Shown here: positions 46,401-58,140 of the stretch, piece after piece
Position numbering within the stretch: the first letter of the stretch is position 1
Layout of the letters: the number at the start of each line of letters is the position of its first letter
Assembly: GCA_002633005.1 (NCBI GenBank)
Contig: NMRA01000062.1
Coordinates: forward strand, 62,001 to 126,000
From: Phoronis australis
Taxonomy: Eukaryota > Animalia > Phoronida
Length of the DNA stretch: 64,000 nt
Direction of reading: 5' to 3'
The notes under the pieces: model-generated
Told to the model about the DNA's origin: nothing
Databases searched by the model: none
The model's input: only the letters and a program-made list of their open reading frames with translations
Program-made: the position numbers and the translations under genes

Positions 46401-49400
46401 TAATGATGCAAACTGCCAAAACAAAATATAGCGAGAGGACAGTAGAATAGCCTGATTTCACATGCAAAGACTGAGCTGGCCCCAGTGATCTCAACCACAG
46501 ATGATGCATGTGTGACAAAGGAGACTTCCATTTAAGAAGGGGCGGGGACTACTGCTGACATAAATTGACCTAACAACTATCAAATTTGTTTACAGTCTGT
46601 AGTTAAATACAATACTAAGTGTGAACTGAGCTTTAGAGGTGAATACCCTGTAACTACTCATTGCACCTGAATCACCCCTCAATACAGAACAGTTGTGTTA
46701 CATAACCACATAAAACCCAAAGGTCTTGGTTGTCCCTAAAGCTAGAGCAGAACAATCACACACAGGCCATTATTATTGATTTATTGTTCATAACATTCAG
46801 TTTGAATCAAAATTTGAAAACTTTTTGGTTCTAATTCAAAACAGAAAACTTTGATGACAGCTAAAAGTTTCGACATAATTAGAAGTATGAATAATCTTGA
46901 TGTTCGTGAAGACAACACGAACAGACTCATCTTACCGTTTGAACAAGTTCAGAGAGATAGGCTATACGCTGCTCTCTGTGCACTTTGACAATCTCATACG
47001 AATCCGTGACATCCGACGGTGCCAGATCATCTGGACGGCAGCCATTTTTATCATCCAGATTACAATCTGCTCCTCGTTTGATGAGACAACTAAAGAGATA
47101 TTTAAAGAACGTAATGAGAAGCATATTACGATAGTTTGATGAAACAGAAAATAAAACTAACATGACATACATTCCAATATGCAAACACATCACTTACAGT
47201 GTGAAGAACTGTAAATTCTAAAATTGATATTATAGAAATCGAAAAAAGGTTCGAAATAGCTTTCGAAGGGAGATAAATATTCCAATTTGATCAAAAACAC
47301 CCCTTATCTATTCGAATACACCATACTCACTTGACAACATCAATGTTGTTTTTAGCCGCCCCATAGTGAAGCGCAGTCTGACCGTTCTCAGGGTTGGGAG
47401 TGTTAGGGTTGGCTCCCAGTATACAGATCAAAACCTAAAAGCACATTAATTAAATGATAGCAATAGCCCTTACCCACAATAAAAACTGGAGTTAGGTGTA
47501 ACACGATAAATGCCAAAATTTAGAATAGGACCCAACATCATCTCGAACATAGCACTCTTCTGTATAAATACAACAGTGAGACCATAGTGAAACCAACACA
47601 ACAGATTGTCTACGGTCATACCCAGACAATAAGGTCAAGTTGAATTTAAAATAGAACACAAATCAAGTCTGAAATGGCCACTGATGTCATAAACTAAAGA
47701 AGCCTCCATTTGGTCCAGCGATGTAGGTGTGCAAAACAAAAAATTTAAGTTGCAGTTATAAAAAGCATAGAAGGTGGTCCAGAAAAAAACTTCACGCTGC
47801 CATGCATTATTATTACAGGTCATTAATTACGATAGTTACATAACTAAGCTGTTCTCACAAGTTAAGTCAAATCCTAACATCATAACACTTTGGCAAACAA
47901 AAAATCAGATCATAATATCGACAGCAGCAAACGCAGAGGACAAAATAAGGACAAAATAATTCGGTAAAAAAGGAATCAGAACTGAATGCTCAAGCAGATG
48001 ACAACAATAACCATGGCAACAACCACGGAGCAATATGAAACAGGAACTGTGACATGTCCCCTCAGTTAATATGAAACACCAAATGCAACATGATCCCTTA
48101 GTCAATATCAAATAGCGCTGACCAGTAATTCATAAGATTAAGATTCTGTCCATACTCACGTCTGTCAACACAGCATTCCCTGCGTCAGCCGCGATCATTA
48201 GAGGTGTCATCCCTTTACTGTTCGTCTGTTCAATGTCTGCATTCTGGATTTTGACCAACGAGAGAAGAAGTGGCATTTGCCGTAGTCCTTCTTTAGCTGC
48301 AATGTGCACCATGTAGTCACCTTTACTGCTGGACTCTTGATTCACATCAAAGTCCAGGCTCTGAAAGTCAGCAAGGCATGATAACATTAGAAGTGTTGAA
48401 TGAAGCCGTCCATGTACAGGTTACGCTGCCCTGCATCCATTAAAAGTGACATTTGATGAAAACAAATCACCTGTTCTGGGTTGCAGCAAATCCATGTTAC
48501 TGAGTAATTTAGGTCCTGGTTGTAACACCTCAACACCTCATGTACAGGGCGAGTAAAGAAAATTTAGCAACTTTATTCTAAGTTGAGGCTAAATTGTTAG
48601 ATTTTTCCAGCTCACCCTGTAACTTTCACCTTGAAAGTACTACACAATGCAATAGTGTACAGAGCACCAATAGTCCAAATATATGTATATATATATATAC
48701 ATTTACAAAGAAAGAGAGACCAGTGGCTCTAGGAGCAAATAACAGTATTGATTATGTTTTAACTGGATTAAATATTCTTTTGACCAACTTTGGGGCTTAG
48801 TGAATCCTAGAAGACTCAAGGAACTATTCTAAAGCTTTCCAAGTGCCACTAGACAATTTTATGATGTTACATTTTAATAATTTGTCCTGTTTATAATTTT
48901 ATATTTTCATAATTTTACATTTTATAATGTTGCATTTTTATAATGTTATATTTTTATCTCAAATTTTTGTAGTGATACATTTTTTGCAATACATTTCTCT
49001 AATGTTACATTTTTATCATCCTTAGTGCACCACAGGGTGGTAAAACGTGCAGAATCGACAATTTTCAACTTTTTTAACCAGCAACATCAATATTTATTGC
49101 TATAGAGATAGTGATACACAGGCTAATGGTATTACAGTATTTATAGACACATAAATAAACCTAAGGAAGATAACCCAGTTGATTCTATTAATGTTGGTGA
49201 ACTTGAATTTGACAAATCATGAGACTAAAATTCAAATTACGCCAATTTTTGTGTGTCGTACACCAAAACAAACCATGATATTTGACCCAGATACGAAAAA
49301 CTCAAAGCTGAGTACTCTTGCAATCTTTAACTGTATTTACAGATTTTTCCAAGGTCTCCGAAAAAATTAGAAACAATTGTCAATCAAATGCTCATGACCC

Positions 49401-52400
49401 TATTTTGAACTTTGCCAAGTGTGTGACCTAGCCAGCAGTGTTGTCACGGAAACCGAAACTGGAAACCCTCCACAGACTGAATGAGTCAACATAGAAAAGA
49501 TGAATGAGAGAATGTTGTACAAAAGTAATGATAGTACTATGGTGATGATTGAAATGTGGAATGCTCTGATGTGAAAAATTGAAAATCATGACTGTTGGAC
49601 TTGCTATAAAATAAATTTCCTGACACTGCAGAGCCGCCTGGCTACTTCAACTTGGAATTGATGATTGACTGGTTCCCGGGAAAATTTCGTGATCAGAAGT
49701 CATGATTTATAAATGTTTTCATATAATTATTCACTTGGATGAATAATAGTATCAATCGTCAAACAACGAGTTGCTCGTATTTACGCAAGAAACTCGATCA
49801 ATTGTCGAGAAACGCAACATTTCAGATTCCATCTCCTCTGGCTTGCCGTTACTCTGTCACATCCCAGGACCCTTGTACCTTACCCATTGCCCCCCCCCAC
49901 CCCCCACCCCCAACAGTGTCAGTTGCTCAACCATGCCTTATGGAGCATGATCACTATATGCCTGTACAACATGCATTCTTACCATCAGTTGTTTGAGAAA
50001 GTAGGATGTTTAACTCAACACAAGCTAGATACAGAACTCAACATTCTATGAAAAATAGGTCACATGGATCACTTCATACTGAATATTTATAAGTCGTGAT
50101 CATAAAACCACCCACCTTTGTCAAAACTAATTTTGTTGGTTAAAAATAGATTTGTTCCTTGGAAATATTCAAGTTTGTGAAACTCGCAAGCTTTCCTCAG
50201 TTTCTATTTCAAACAATTCAAGACAAATCTAGAATGGTAGGACACAAGAAGGCTTCACCAAATTTAAGTCATCAGCGTCAGAAGTAGGCCATCTACAAAA
50301 TTTTGGTGGATGAAAAAATTCCACATCTGTTGGTCCCCAAATATGATAGAAAGCATGCCAGTAGATTTGCACAGAGAGGACGTCAGACAGCAAGAACATT
50401 TGTAGGTGGAAACGTGTTCTAACTAGTTTTAAAGAATTAACTTGACAATCAATCGTCTCACCGATTGCAGTATTATAAAAACGGGACAGCGACTTCCACA
50501 TTGTTGAGGTGGGAAATTTACAGATCAAGAATCTAATAAATTTCTAAGAGAAATAAGGTCAAGCTCAGTTGGAATAGACACGCTCATTATCCACTTTCTT
50601 CGCACTAAACTAATTTCTAAAATTGTCATTTTCCATTTTTTCAATAGCAAATAATAAAAAAATTACCAAAAGCTGTTCTTTCCACACAGTACCAACAATT
50701 CTGGAAAGACTAAAATTTTCCCAATCTTTATTTTTGTGGAGAAATATACCGAAACGGAATTGTCAGCCAACTATTGTGCGTTAAATAAATGAAGAGTTAC
50801 CACATAGGTCGACTTTAGGGGACGTAGTAAAGTCGAAAATCAGATTTTCAGGTCCAAGTTTTGGTCTATACTTAGAGCCTGTGATAATCAACACATGTCA
50901 GTGTAGCAAAATTATGTTTAGCGCAATTAATGAAACTAACACAGATGCAGAAGAATTCTGATACAAAATTTATCGAAAGTCAGGCTCATGAGATGACTCA
51001 GCCTTACTCACATTTCAAACTTAAACACAACATACAATAAAAATTCTTAAATTTGTGACAAAAATAATTGCTAAAATTCCAATATTTCCATTTTTCAGAC
51101 GCTTACCAAATTGTTGCAAATGCTCAATATTCACCAATACGTGTTTGGTAATAGCTACGTCATACAAACTATGCTAAAAGCAAAGTAAATTATGAAAAGT
51201 TATTATTGTTGAGAAATTGGATAAAACGATATTTCACCTGTCCATCATATTATGTCCCAAACTGATGACTTTTACCTCAGTCAGGTGAGTTTGGCAAGTT
51301 GTGCAGTGGTCGATCAATAACATATGGCAGTTGAGGACAAATACAGGCTATACCTTAAAACCTGAGGCCATCACATTAGTTGACAATACAGAAAGGTCAG
51401 GTTAGGGTCACGTCAATAACATCTCTTAGTAATCCTCAGTAAAACCACAGAAAGGACCATGCTTACTTTTGTTAGTGAGGTCACTGACCACAGAAGTACA
51501 GCAATATCATCATGTTCACACCTGAGGTGTTGGCCTTCAGTAACAACATGTGGTAATCACTGTTGGTAGGCTACCTAGTAGTCTTTTAATACTGTCCATT
51601 AATGACACTGGTCACCTGCCTTCAACTGTTTACAAGCACAGCACAGACGACATTTTGCACAAAGAAGTTCCATCCCCAGCAACTAGATGCATTAGCAGCC
51701 ATCAATACCACATGATATCATTCACTAGTTCGCAAATTTTTGCCTTTCTCCAATACGCCAAACTATGATATTGAAGTCATAGCTCTAATGTGGCCTTATA
51801 AAACAGCCTGGCCGAGAAATAAGCTGAACGAGGCACCCTTCATAAATATTAGTCATCAGTTAGTCAGGTGCGCGTATGTCATTACTTACCTGTAATTTAA
51901 CCTGCAGCTCATCAAAGTGCTTACTGTCTTTGGCTAATTCAAACATTGTCTCTCTATCTTGCATGCTAGGTCTCTTCAGGGGCCGGTCTTTAACAGGCGT
52001 GTTCAAGGACCGTGCCCAGGGGATCAACTTTTTAATTTTAGGACAGAAACACACTTGGTCAGCTGTCCTTCCTGAAAGAAACAAGACAAGGTGAAATATT
52101 ATGATAATGATTGACACTGTCAATTAGATTCAGAAACAGTTGTCATAAACAAAAACACTGCTAAACATCTGGAGGCTTATAAATATGTTTCATTTCGCCA
52201 GGAAACTTTGAAAACAATACGTTTTGTTTGACAGTCAGAATAGCAACTGATAACTCTTAACCACATGTTGTAGGAAAACCATTCATAGAGATAAAAAAAC
52301 ATTAAAGATCACAGGAAGTTTTCCCTGAAATGATTAGTTTGGTGCCCAAAATGTCTGCATATGAAATGCGAGAACTAAATGATACACAATCAATGTCAAT

Positions 52401-54388
52401 CCAAAATCACAAACCACACGCCACCCACGCATCTGTGACAAAATCTAATGCTATGTGACAAAATTCACCTTTCAGTAAACTCGAAGTCTATGTTGCTCAA
52501 TTAAACCAAAAAAGGCACATCTCCTCGGGAGCAGACTTTTAACACCGCCAGTCACAACCGCTAATGAATACTAGACTAAAATATCCAACCATCCGGCAAG
52601 CTGAGCTGACAACAACTGGATGAACTCTTGCCCTCAACGGCAATACTAAAGTGTCAGTCAGTGAGGTTGGTGTTCATGACAATAGTAACGGTGTCACATA
52701 AATTATTGTTTTAATAGCAAGGCCCCACACATTTGAAGGAAGTAAACACAATTTCCCTATTTTACAGTCTCAACAACAGTTAACAGTGTTTTACAGCCAC
52801 AGACACTGATCAACTTTATCTTGGCCTATTTTCAACTTATGGACATGATAAAATGTCACCAATTGAGAACACAACATGGCAGACATGTGCAATTTCTACG
52901 AGAAATTTGGACAACACGGTAGTCTATTTCTGCCCAGTAAAGTTTTCAATCATACAAAGAGTATTTTTAGACTACACGAGAAATGCAAAAAGAAGCTATC
53001 TAGCAATCAATGTCGAATCGTTTTTGACAAAATCTACTCATACATATAATCAATAAATCGTCTGAGGACACCTGCACAGAGGTAAATGGTGGATGAATGT
53101 GGTTTATGTAATTGAACTGATAATGTTATTAATTTGTTATGTTGTGTTTGATGAATAAATGGTTTATACAAAAAATAAATGCACAACGGGGGAGCAGTAG
53201 TTAACGTGGAAAAACGCATCTTCAACTTCCACATTTTTTTTACAAAGCGCAACATAAAAAACGATTGTGTTCTCTCCCTTTTAACATTCTTGACTATGTA
53301 GGAATATACATGACAGCAGTCAGGATATCAGGATATTGAAATGCATAACAACTCAGCTGGACTTGTGGTGTATGGATACTACAGGCGACCGTCATTTTAC
53401 TGCTGACCACATTTTGTGACATGCAGACATTCATGTGGGTCAGAGCCCTTTCTTCCACCAATAGCTTCCTTACACTGGACCATGGTCACCAGAAAGGGAT
53501 TCAACATGCAGAAAAGGAAGTGTCACTGACTATGGGCGGTATTTGACACCTTACTAACTGCATGCTGCCTGTAGGGATGGAATTTTCTTTCAATGTCACT
53601 CAATGAATTAGTGCTACGTTTTGTAGCATTTCACAATACATTTATTGATCATGCTGAGGAAGGACCACAAATCTCCTGGTTCCTGGCAAACCTGCAGTTT
53701 CATATTTTAAGAAAATAAGTTTCGACTCTCCAGTATCCATGACTCCACCTACCCAGGTGAGGGTTACAGCTCATAGTGATGGACCTATCCTCTCAGAAAT
53801 CACCTCTTGCCATAATCCAAATACCCAAGGTCACCTAGAGGTCAACTAGAGTTTACCCAGAATAATAAGGACACTTACCGTACTTGTCCCTTGTTTTGTG
53901 AGCCCTCAGAGAAGTCAGGTAGAGAACTGCATCAAAGTTCCTGGCAATGCAAGCCAGATGAAGCATGCTACAGCCATCTTCAAAGATCTGCTCAATGTCT
54001 GAAACAGAATAGCAAGTGTTAGTGTTAAGTCAGACTATAGGAAAGGAAACTACCACTTGATGGTAATAATGAACAAACAGGGAAATTTCAAGATACATTG
54101 TCACCTGATGGCTGCACATATCAAGAGATCAAGAAAAAACATCATTGTGGTACCAAGAATGCACTGAGAAATCCTTGTCAATAAGAGCAGCGAAGCCTTG
54201 ATGTCTGTTTGGGGGGTGTCACCTTATAACACATATTATCTGATAAGTTTCACAAAGTCATCAAGTGATAGACGAAAAAGAGGAAGATAAAACTGCCAAC
54301 TAGGTACCAGCACTGAGTATGTTGTACCAACCCCCTTACCCTTGTGTAAGTAAACAGACTGAAGTTTAATCTTTTCCAGGGTTTGGTG
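28305..54388 (-). CDS. Ankyrin-repeat protein, ~1100 aa, spliced, 5' end unresolved
   Basis: complement join(54388-54340?,53998-53879,52071-51890,48360-48160,47434-47331,47089-46936,43642-43548,41408-41277,40937-40820,40370-40194,40022-39948,35036-34814,34427-34228,32853-32708,32248-31544,30662-30505,29884-29676,29091-28973,28473-28305). All are GT-AG, phases match and there are no internal stops. ANK motifs: GMTPLMIAA, GQTALHYGA, GRTALSIAV, GRLPLHYAV, PIYLAAENGHLEVIKLL, NTPLHVACSRGH, KTPLQLAADKGY, GDTPLMIACHAGK, GATALHRAV, GLTALHQAV. Confidence 0.92.
28589..28830. mobile_element. MITE (PIF/Harbinger-like ends), copy 2
   Basis: Shares CCAAGAAACTG, ACTTAAGTCTAAGATTTG, CTTCCACATC and AAGTCAGTTTTCTT with copy 1. 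Confidence 0.8.
28973..29091 (-). CDS. Ankyrin gene exon
   Basis: ALQYVDLNLRTLDGKLPEEMTPNKYLVSLVKNARDIYIP. Confidence 0.9.
29476..29605. mobile_element. Short fold-back (palindromic) element
   Basis: CTATCGGCGGCCTGGTTATATGTTAGAACCT is inverted to AGGTTCTCAAATATAACCAGGTCACCGATAG. Confidence 0.7.
29676..29884 (-). CDS. Ankyrin gene exon
   Basis: GNKISHVCSINPIDGATALHRAVEAGD...VNVQNIHGLTALHQAVKLRRKKTVEKLT. Confidence 0.93.
30505..30662 (-). CDS. Ankyrin gene exon
   Basis: SARRRLNLESDGTNRQTPP...GINHFVQ G|gtaagc. Confidence 0.85.
31544..32248 (-). CDS. Ankyrin gene large Ser-rich (probably disordered) exon
   Basis: 705 nt, phase 2-2, within ORF 31531..32295; cag|...|gtatgt. Confidence 0.88.
32708..32853 (-). 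CDS. Ankyrin gene exon
   Basis: PRFDHNLRDSHGDTPLMIACHAGKADVVKFLLESAVY. Confidence 0.92.
33755..34233 (-). repeat. 29-nt minisatellite, ~16 copies, whose unit contains a splice donor
   Basis: Plus-strand unit CACATACCTGCCACACACTCAGCCCTTCC; the minus strand reads TGGCAG|GTATGTG. Confidence 0.9.
34228..34427 (-). CDS. Ankyrin gene exon
   Basis: GYRQIVRLLLNHGATAAILD...LAELKKIWQ|gtatgt. Confidence 0.92.
34814..35036 (-). CDS. Ankyrin gene exon
   Basis: YGGDICRQHSASLNTPLHVACSRGHMDIARFLI...DINAMNADSKTPLQLAADK. Confidence 0.93.
35570..39893. mobile_element. Non-autonomous TIR DNA transposon (TA-flanked, Tc1/mariner-pogo-like ends), ~4.3 kb, in an ankyrin-gene intron
   Basis: Left TA-CGGTAGTCGCGTGATTTTCGGAC (35570-35594); right GTCCGAAAATCACGCGACTTTACCG-TA (39867-39893); subterminal TTCGGACA repeats at both ends; CpG-rich interior; no transposase ORF. 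Confidence 0.85.
37433..37699. mobile_element. Nested MITE-like element
   Basis: Inverted pair ATTTCCGTATATAA (~37440) and TTATATACGGAAAT (~37679). Confidence 0.45.
39948..40022 (-). CDS. Ankyrin gene exon
   Basis: MGGGDWPIYLAAENGHLEVIKLLHQ. Confidence 0.92.
40194..40370 (-). CDS. Ankyrin gene exon
   Basis: GLGLALKSSKSSAVHAKVKEALERRQQKIVNPTLFECSVTGNAGKLFCFLEEEDNVNPT. Confidence 0.88.
40820..40937 (-). CDS. Ankyrin gene exon
   Basis: NDADPSIKDIGGRLPLHYAVSANNLDMVNTLLSYDSSLT. Confidence 0.92.
41047..41230. repeat. ~100-nt tandem duplication
   Basis: TGAATTCAGCATCCTGGC...AAATGCATCTAACAACATTTCATAA occurs twice. Confidence 0.8.
41277..41408 (-). CDS. Ankyrin gene exon
   Basis: CENLEVLIEREGCPINGQHHRHGRTALSIAVIEESQEAVQLLL. 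Confidence 0.9.
43548..43642 (-). CDS. Ankyrin gene exon
   Basis: GELFESDIQVTDLFNVDKNGNTLIMNAAAAN. Confidence 0.88.
45783..46190. mobile_element. Palindromic non-autonomous element; related copy at ~55984-56400
   Basis: GACATGGAGCAAATTGAC / GTCAATTTGCTCCGTGTC inverted pair; the reverse complement of the right end aligns with 55984-56070 (CTTTACAT...CACGGA.CAGCTGA...GACTG.CACGGAGCAA). Confidence 0.55.
46936..47089 (-). CDS. Ankyrin gene exon
   Basis: CLIKRGADCNLDDKNGCRPDDLA...LSELVQT. Confidence 0.9.
47331..47434 (-). CDS. Ankyrin gene exon
   Basis: VLICILGANPNTPNPENGQTALHYGAAKNNIDVV. Confidence 0.92.
48160..48360 (-). CDS. Ankyrin gene exon
   Basis: SLDFDVNQESSSKGDYMVHIAAKEG...NSKGMTPLMIAADAGNAVLTD. 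Confidence 0.92.
51890..52071 (-). CDS. Ankyrin gene exon
   Basis: GRTADQVCFCPKIKKL...KHFDELQVKLQ|gtaagt. Confidence 0.85.
53879..53998 (-). CDS. Ankyrin gene exon
   Basis: DIEQIFEDGCSMLHLACIARNFDAVLYLTSLRAHKTRDKY; cag|...|gtaagt. Confidence 0.85.
54340..54388 (-). CDS. Ankyrin gene, tentative upstream exon
   Basis: ctctagatag|HQTLEKIKLQSVYLHK G|gtaagg; in frame with the next exon only when the downstream AG is used. Confidence 0.45.
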
Positions 54389-55983
54389 CTATCTAGAGAT
54401 TGGGGAAAAAATAAGAATTGCAAGTAGCAGCTGCAAAAAGTTGTCAGTAGTGGACACAGCAGTAGTCAAATTCATTTGAGATTTCCATTTCTTACATGGT
54501 CTCATGATAACACTTCTTGGGTGTTCAGAGATGCAGCTGCAGACACAGCATGCCTGCTCGGGCAGCTGGACATATGGGCCGACAACTGGATGCGTGGAAG
54601 GAGAGATGAACACTCGAATTCACATCTTTCTCAGAACATTCGCTCTCTTGAAGTGAAAGGTGCCTGTGCCTCCTGAGGGAGATTTTTTTGATTGAGGATG
54701 AAGTTCCCTCACCCTGTCATCACCACAGAGTTTCTAATCTCCTTCCCACTTATGATGAATGCGTGTATGCGCTCAGTCATTTGACAAAAAATTGATGGAT
54801 ATTTTAAATGGCAGATTGCATGTGATCGCACTCCGAATCTGAGGCCGACAGCACAGCATGAGGTAAGCCAGTGAAACGAGTGATTTCCCAGGAATAATTC
54901 CAAGTGCATTTTAGAATATATTTGAATACTACAATATCTTTATAACTAATTTTAAACGCTTACATTGATTGCCTCTTAATAGGACTGGCTGCCACTTGAA
55001 GTTGCCATTGTCTTGTTTACATCAAAGGTCAAATTTTCCATATAAGGGAAATGTGCTAGTCTACTTCTTGCCATACCAAATAAAGCCCGTGCTTTGCTTT
55101 GTGGAAGAAAAATCAATGAAGAGACAAGCAGTTGACAGATTGTTTTTTGAAACTTGAAACTAAAGGAAAAATGCTTTGACATTAACAGAAATTCAAAAAT
55201 TTTAGGAACGAACCGTAAAAATACTTGGTGAAGAGATTGAATTCTTAATATCAGTGACAGAGAACCAGTTTGAATAATGCAATTTAGTCTGTTTTTTTTT
55301 GCATTCCAGACCTCTTTTAAGGACTTCAGAAAAGTAGACAATTACCTAGTTTAAAGTGTGTAACTTTTTCAAAAATACATTTATTACATTCATAGCCTGA
55401 TGACAATGCAAAGAGCATATGATATGCATTAACTAAATTCACAAGCAAAAATGAAAACATTCCCACCAAATCCACATCAGCCAGATGAATAACTATTACA
55501 TTATCAGACAAAAAGTCATTCTACGGGGATCCACATTTTTCTAAATTGTTCATGATTCAAGTTATTATGGTAAATTACCTTTTCTATATTACAATATTCA
55601 AGAAGTTCATTTTCTACCATTGCAAACAAGGGGGTCTGTAATTTAACCTAACCCTGTATACATGACATTTTCAAAGCAAATAACATTGATTAAATGTCTG
55701 GTAGTCTCAGGCTCCAACTAAGAGCAGTCCCTGTTTTTTGCTGTTACCCAATTGTTCACTGACCTCCAAAAAAGAGTACAACCCTGAAAGTGTTCAGCTT
55801 CAACTCTGATCCACTGTCCATTGTACACATAAAAACGTTAAACCCACTTGCACAGTGTATGAACCACTTGGACAGAATGGATCACCGTCACTTTATCACA
55901 ACATGCAGACTTTACATATTAATATCTGAGTCGCATGCTAATATTTACACTATGGTATAATAACCTAATGGAGTCTAAAGATG

Positions 55984-56400
55984 CCTTTACATGGGAGGCA
56001 GCAGTCACGGAACAGCTGATCGGGAGCAAGTGTGTGTGTAAACAAGACTGTCACGGAGCAAGATGACACCGCGGCGGCCATTATGACACCGGTTAGAGAG
56101 GTAGAGCAACTTGCACTTGATCAGTTGCTCTAGTGTCAACTGCATATCTAAATACAACTGGGACAGGGCGTAATAGCAATATCGTTCAATGCAACTGAGC
56201 AATAGCATATATACGGGTCAGATCTGCTGGCATTCCACGTGGTTTGGACATTCGCTATTGTGTATGTGAGCATGCAGACAGTATTTGTGAAAGTGACTCA
56301 TGCTGATGCAGTTTGTGATCTAATGTCGCGTAAATGCGACTTAAGTGGAGCATGTCGAACTGTGACACCTTGCACCACGACAATTGTTTCACGTGTAAAC
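55984..56400. mobile_element. Degenerate copy of the 45783-46190 element family
   Basis: Shared terminal motif series; the right boundary is approximate. Confidence 0.4.
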
Positions 56401-58022
56401 AGAGCTCAACAGTAGACAAAAGTCGGATAAAAAACTCAGCCAGACTTGACTGTTCTGCTCAGTGGACACTTCATGTGAAACCCATGTCTTAGAAAGTATT
56501 GTATGAGCTGGCTACAGGTGAAATGTTCATAATTTCACTTTACAAACAATATCAAACTATGTGTCATACGCAAAGAAGAGCTAAATAGTTGGTCGGTACA
56601 AAATCAAATTTGTATCAAAAGAACCAAAATATGAATAAAAAACAACCAAACGAAATAATAACGATTTGAGACTCAAATGGTGTCAATGCATTCTCAAGGA
56701 CAACGTGGCCGTTAAACATGAATGATGCCTCAACTGATATACACCGAACTCAAGTCAGGTAAATTAGACGTGATATATTCTATGATTTTCGTCACAATAC
56801 AATAACCAGAAACTGCAACAGATAATTTAGGAGAGTGGCGCCTCCTCTAGGATAGTACGCAAGAAAACGTTGGGAGTTGCGAATCTGTTGTTTATAATCT
56901 GTTTTAACTAATGGGTATGACAGAATATGCCGCTGTTCAGAGATGTTTAAGGTCACAGGAGACCCTAGAAAAATTTCAGATTTGGCTAAGTTTGGAACAT
57001 CACATCTCACAAATGGTTGATAGGATTCAAATGAATGCTCGTTAGATTTAGACCTCCTATAAAATTGGTCTTGTGTTCTTCCCAACTCAAATGAGAAAGT
57101 ATCTTTGGTCTCACAAACATCTAACAGTCGGTTATTGCTGGAGACCATGCTTGGCGAAATACATCCCATGGAATACTGAGATTTGTTGTCTTCAATTAAT
57201 AAAAACGTTGTCTTTCCTATAGCTATGATTAAAAAGTTGATTTTTGGTTATACTGCAGTGGCCACAAACGTCTCATCAGTTGCTTCTGGCAAATCATGGC
57301 ATAAAACTTTTAGTTCAAAAATTTAAATTGTGTTTTCAACAAATATCATGTTTACAACTCAAAATCATGCATAGGTTGAATAGTTTTTCAAGTTCCAGGA
57401 ACTTTGACACCCAGTCAAAACAATACCTCGCAATTTATGCTGCAACAGTGACTTTTTATGGATGACAGACCTAGCTTATCACATGTTCATCACATGATTT
57501 TGTGGTTTTGTGACTTTTAATTTTAATGACTGTCATGTGTGAGTGAAGCGCCAATGACCTGAATAAGAGGAAATCTGTACTGGTGTTTGTATGGTGTTTT
57601 GGTTGCTGCCAGGTGAAAGATTTTCTTTGCAAAGAATTGTCAATTTCCAAGGCTTTGAACTGATGTAACTGGTACAGTAGCATCTCCAGAAATAACATCG
57701 GGATGTGTTCTGTACTCGCAAGACACTCACGAAATTAGCAAGCGTGATCAAGGCAAGCAAAAGTTAAATCTAAACTTCTTGATGATTGGATTCCCTTCTA
57801 GTGAATGGCAAAGACTAAGGGTGCTTCCACTCTAATTATAAAGGCAAAATTAGCTTTTTCAAGACGCAGGATTGTGTGAAATCAAGTACAATGGCCAGGA
57901 CATATTGTAACGCCAATAGACGAAATGAATCAAAATTTTAAAAAATTGTCAATAACGAATGTGAGAATTAACAGAAAGGCGCTTATACGAGTGGGAAAAT
58001 CTGTTTCTTTTGCAGACTTGTA

Positions 58023-58140
58023 GAGGAGGCAGTGTGATTAAGTGGGATAAGTGTTTGCTTCCTTTACTCAGGATCATGGGTTCCAGACCCACTGGGGCAC
58101 ACTGCTGGACCCTTGAGTCAGGTCTCTAGCTCCTCAGCAC
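58023..58140 (+). mobile_element. tRNA-derived SINE, same family
   Basis: GAGGCAGTGTG...CACTGCTGGACCCTTGAGTCAGGTCTCTAGCTCCTC. Confidence 0.75.

Noticed and set aside
56792-57169. 125-aa minus-strand ORF
   Set aside because: No domain recognised; possibly a decayed retroelement, but unsupported
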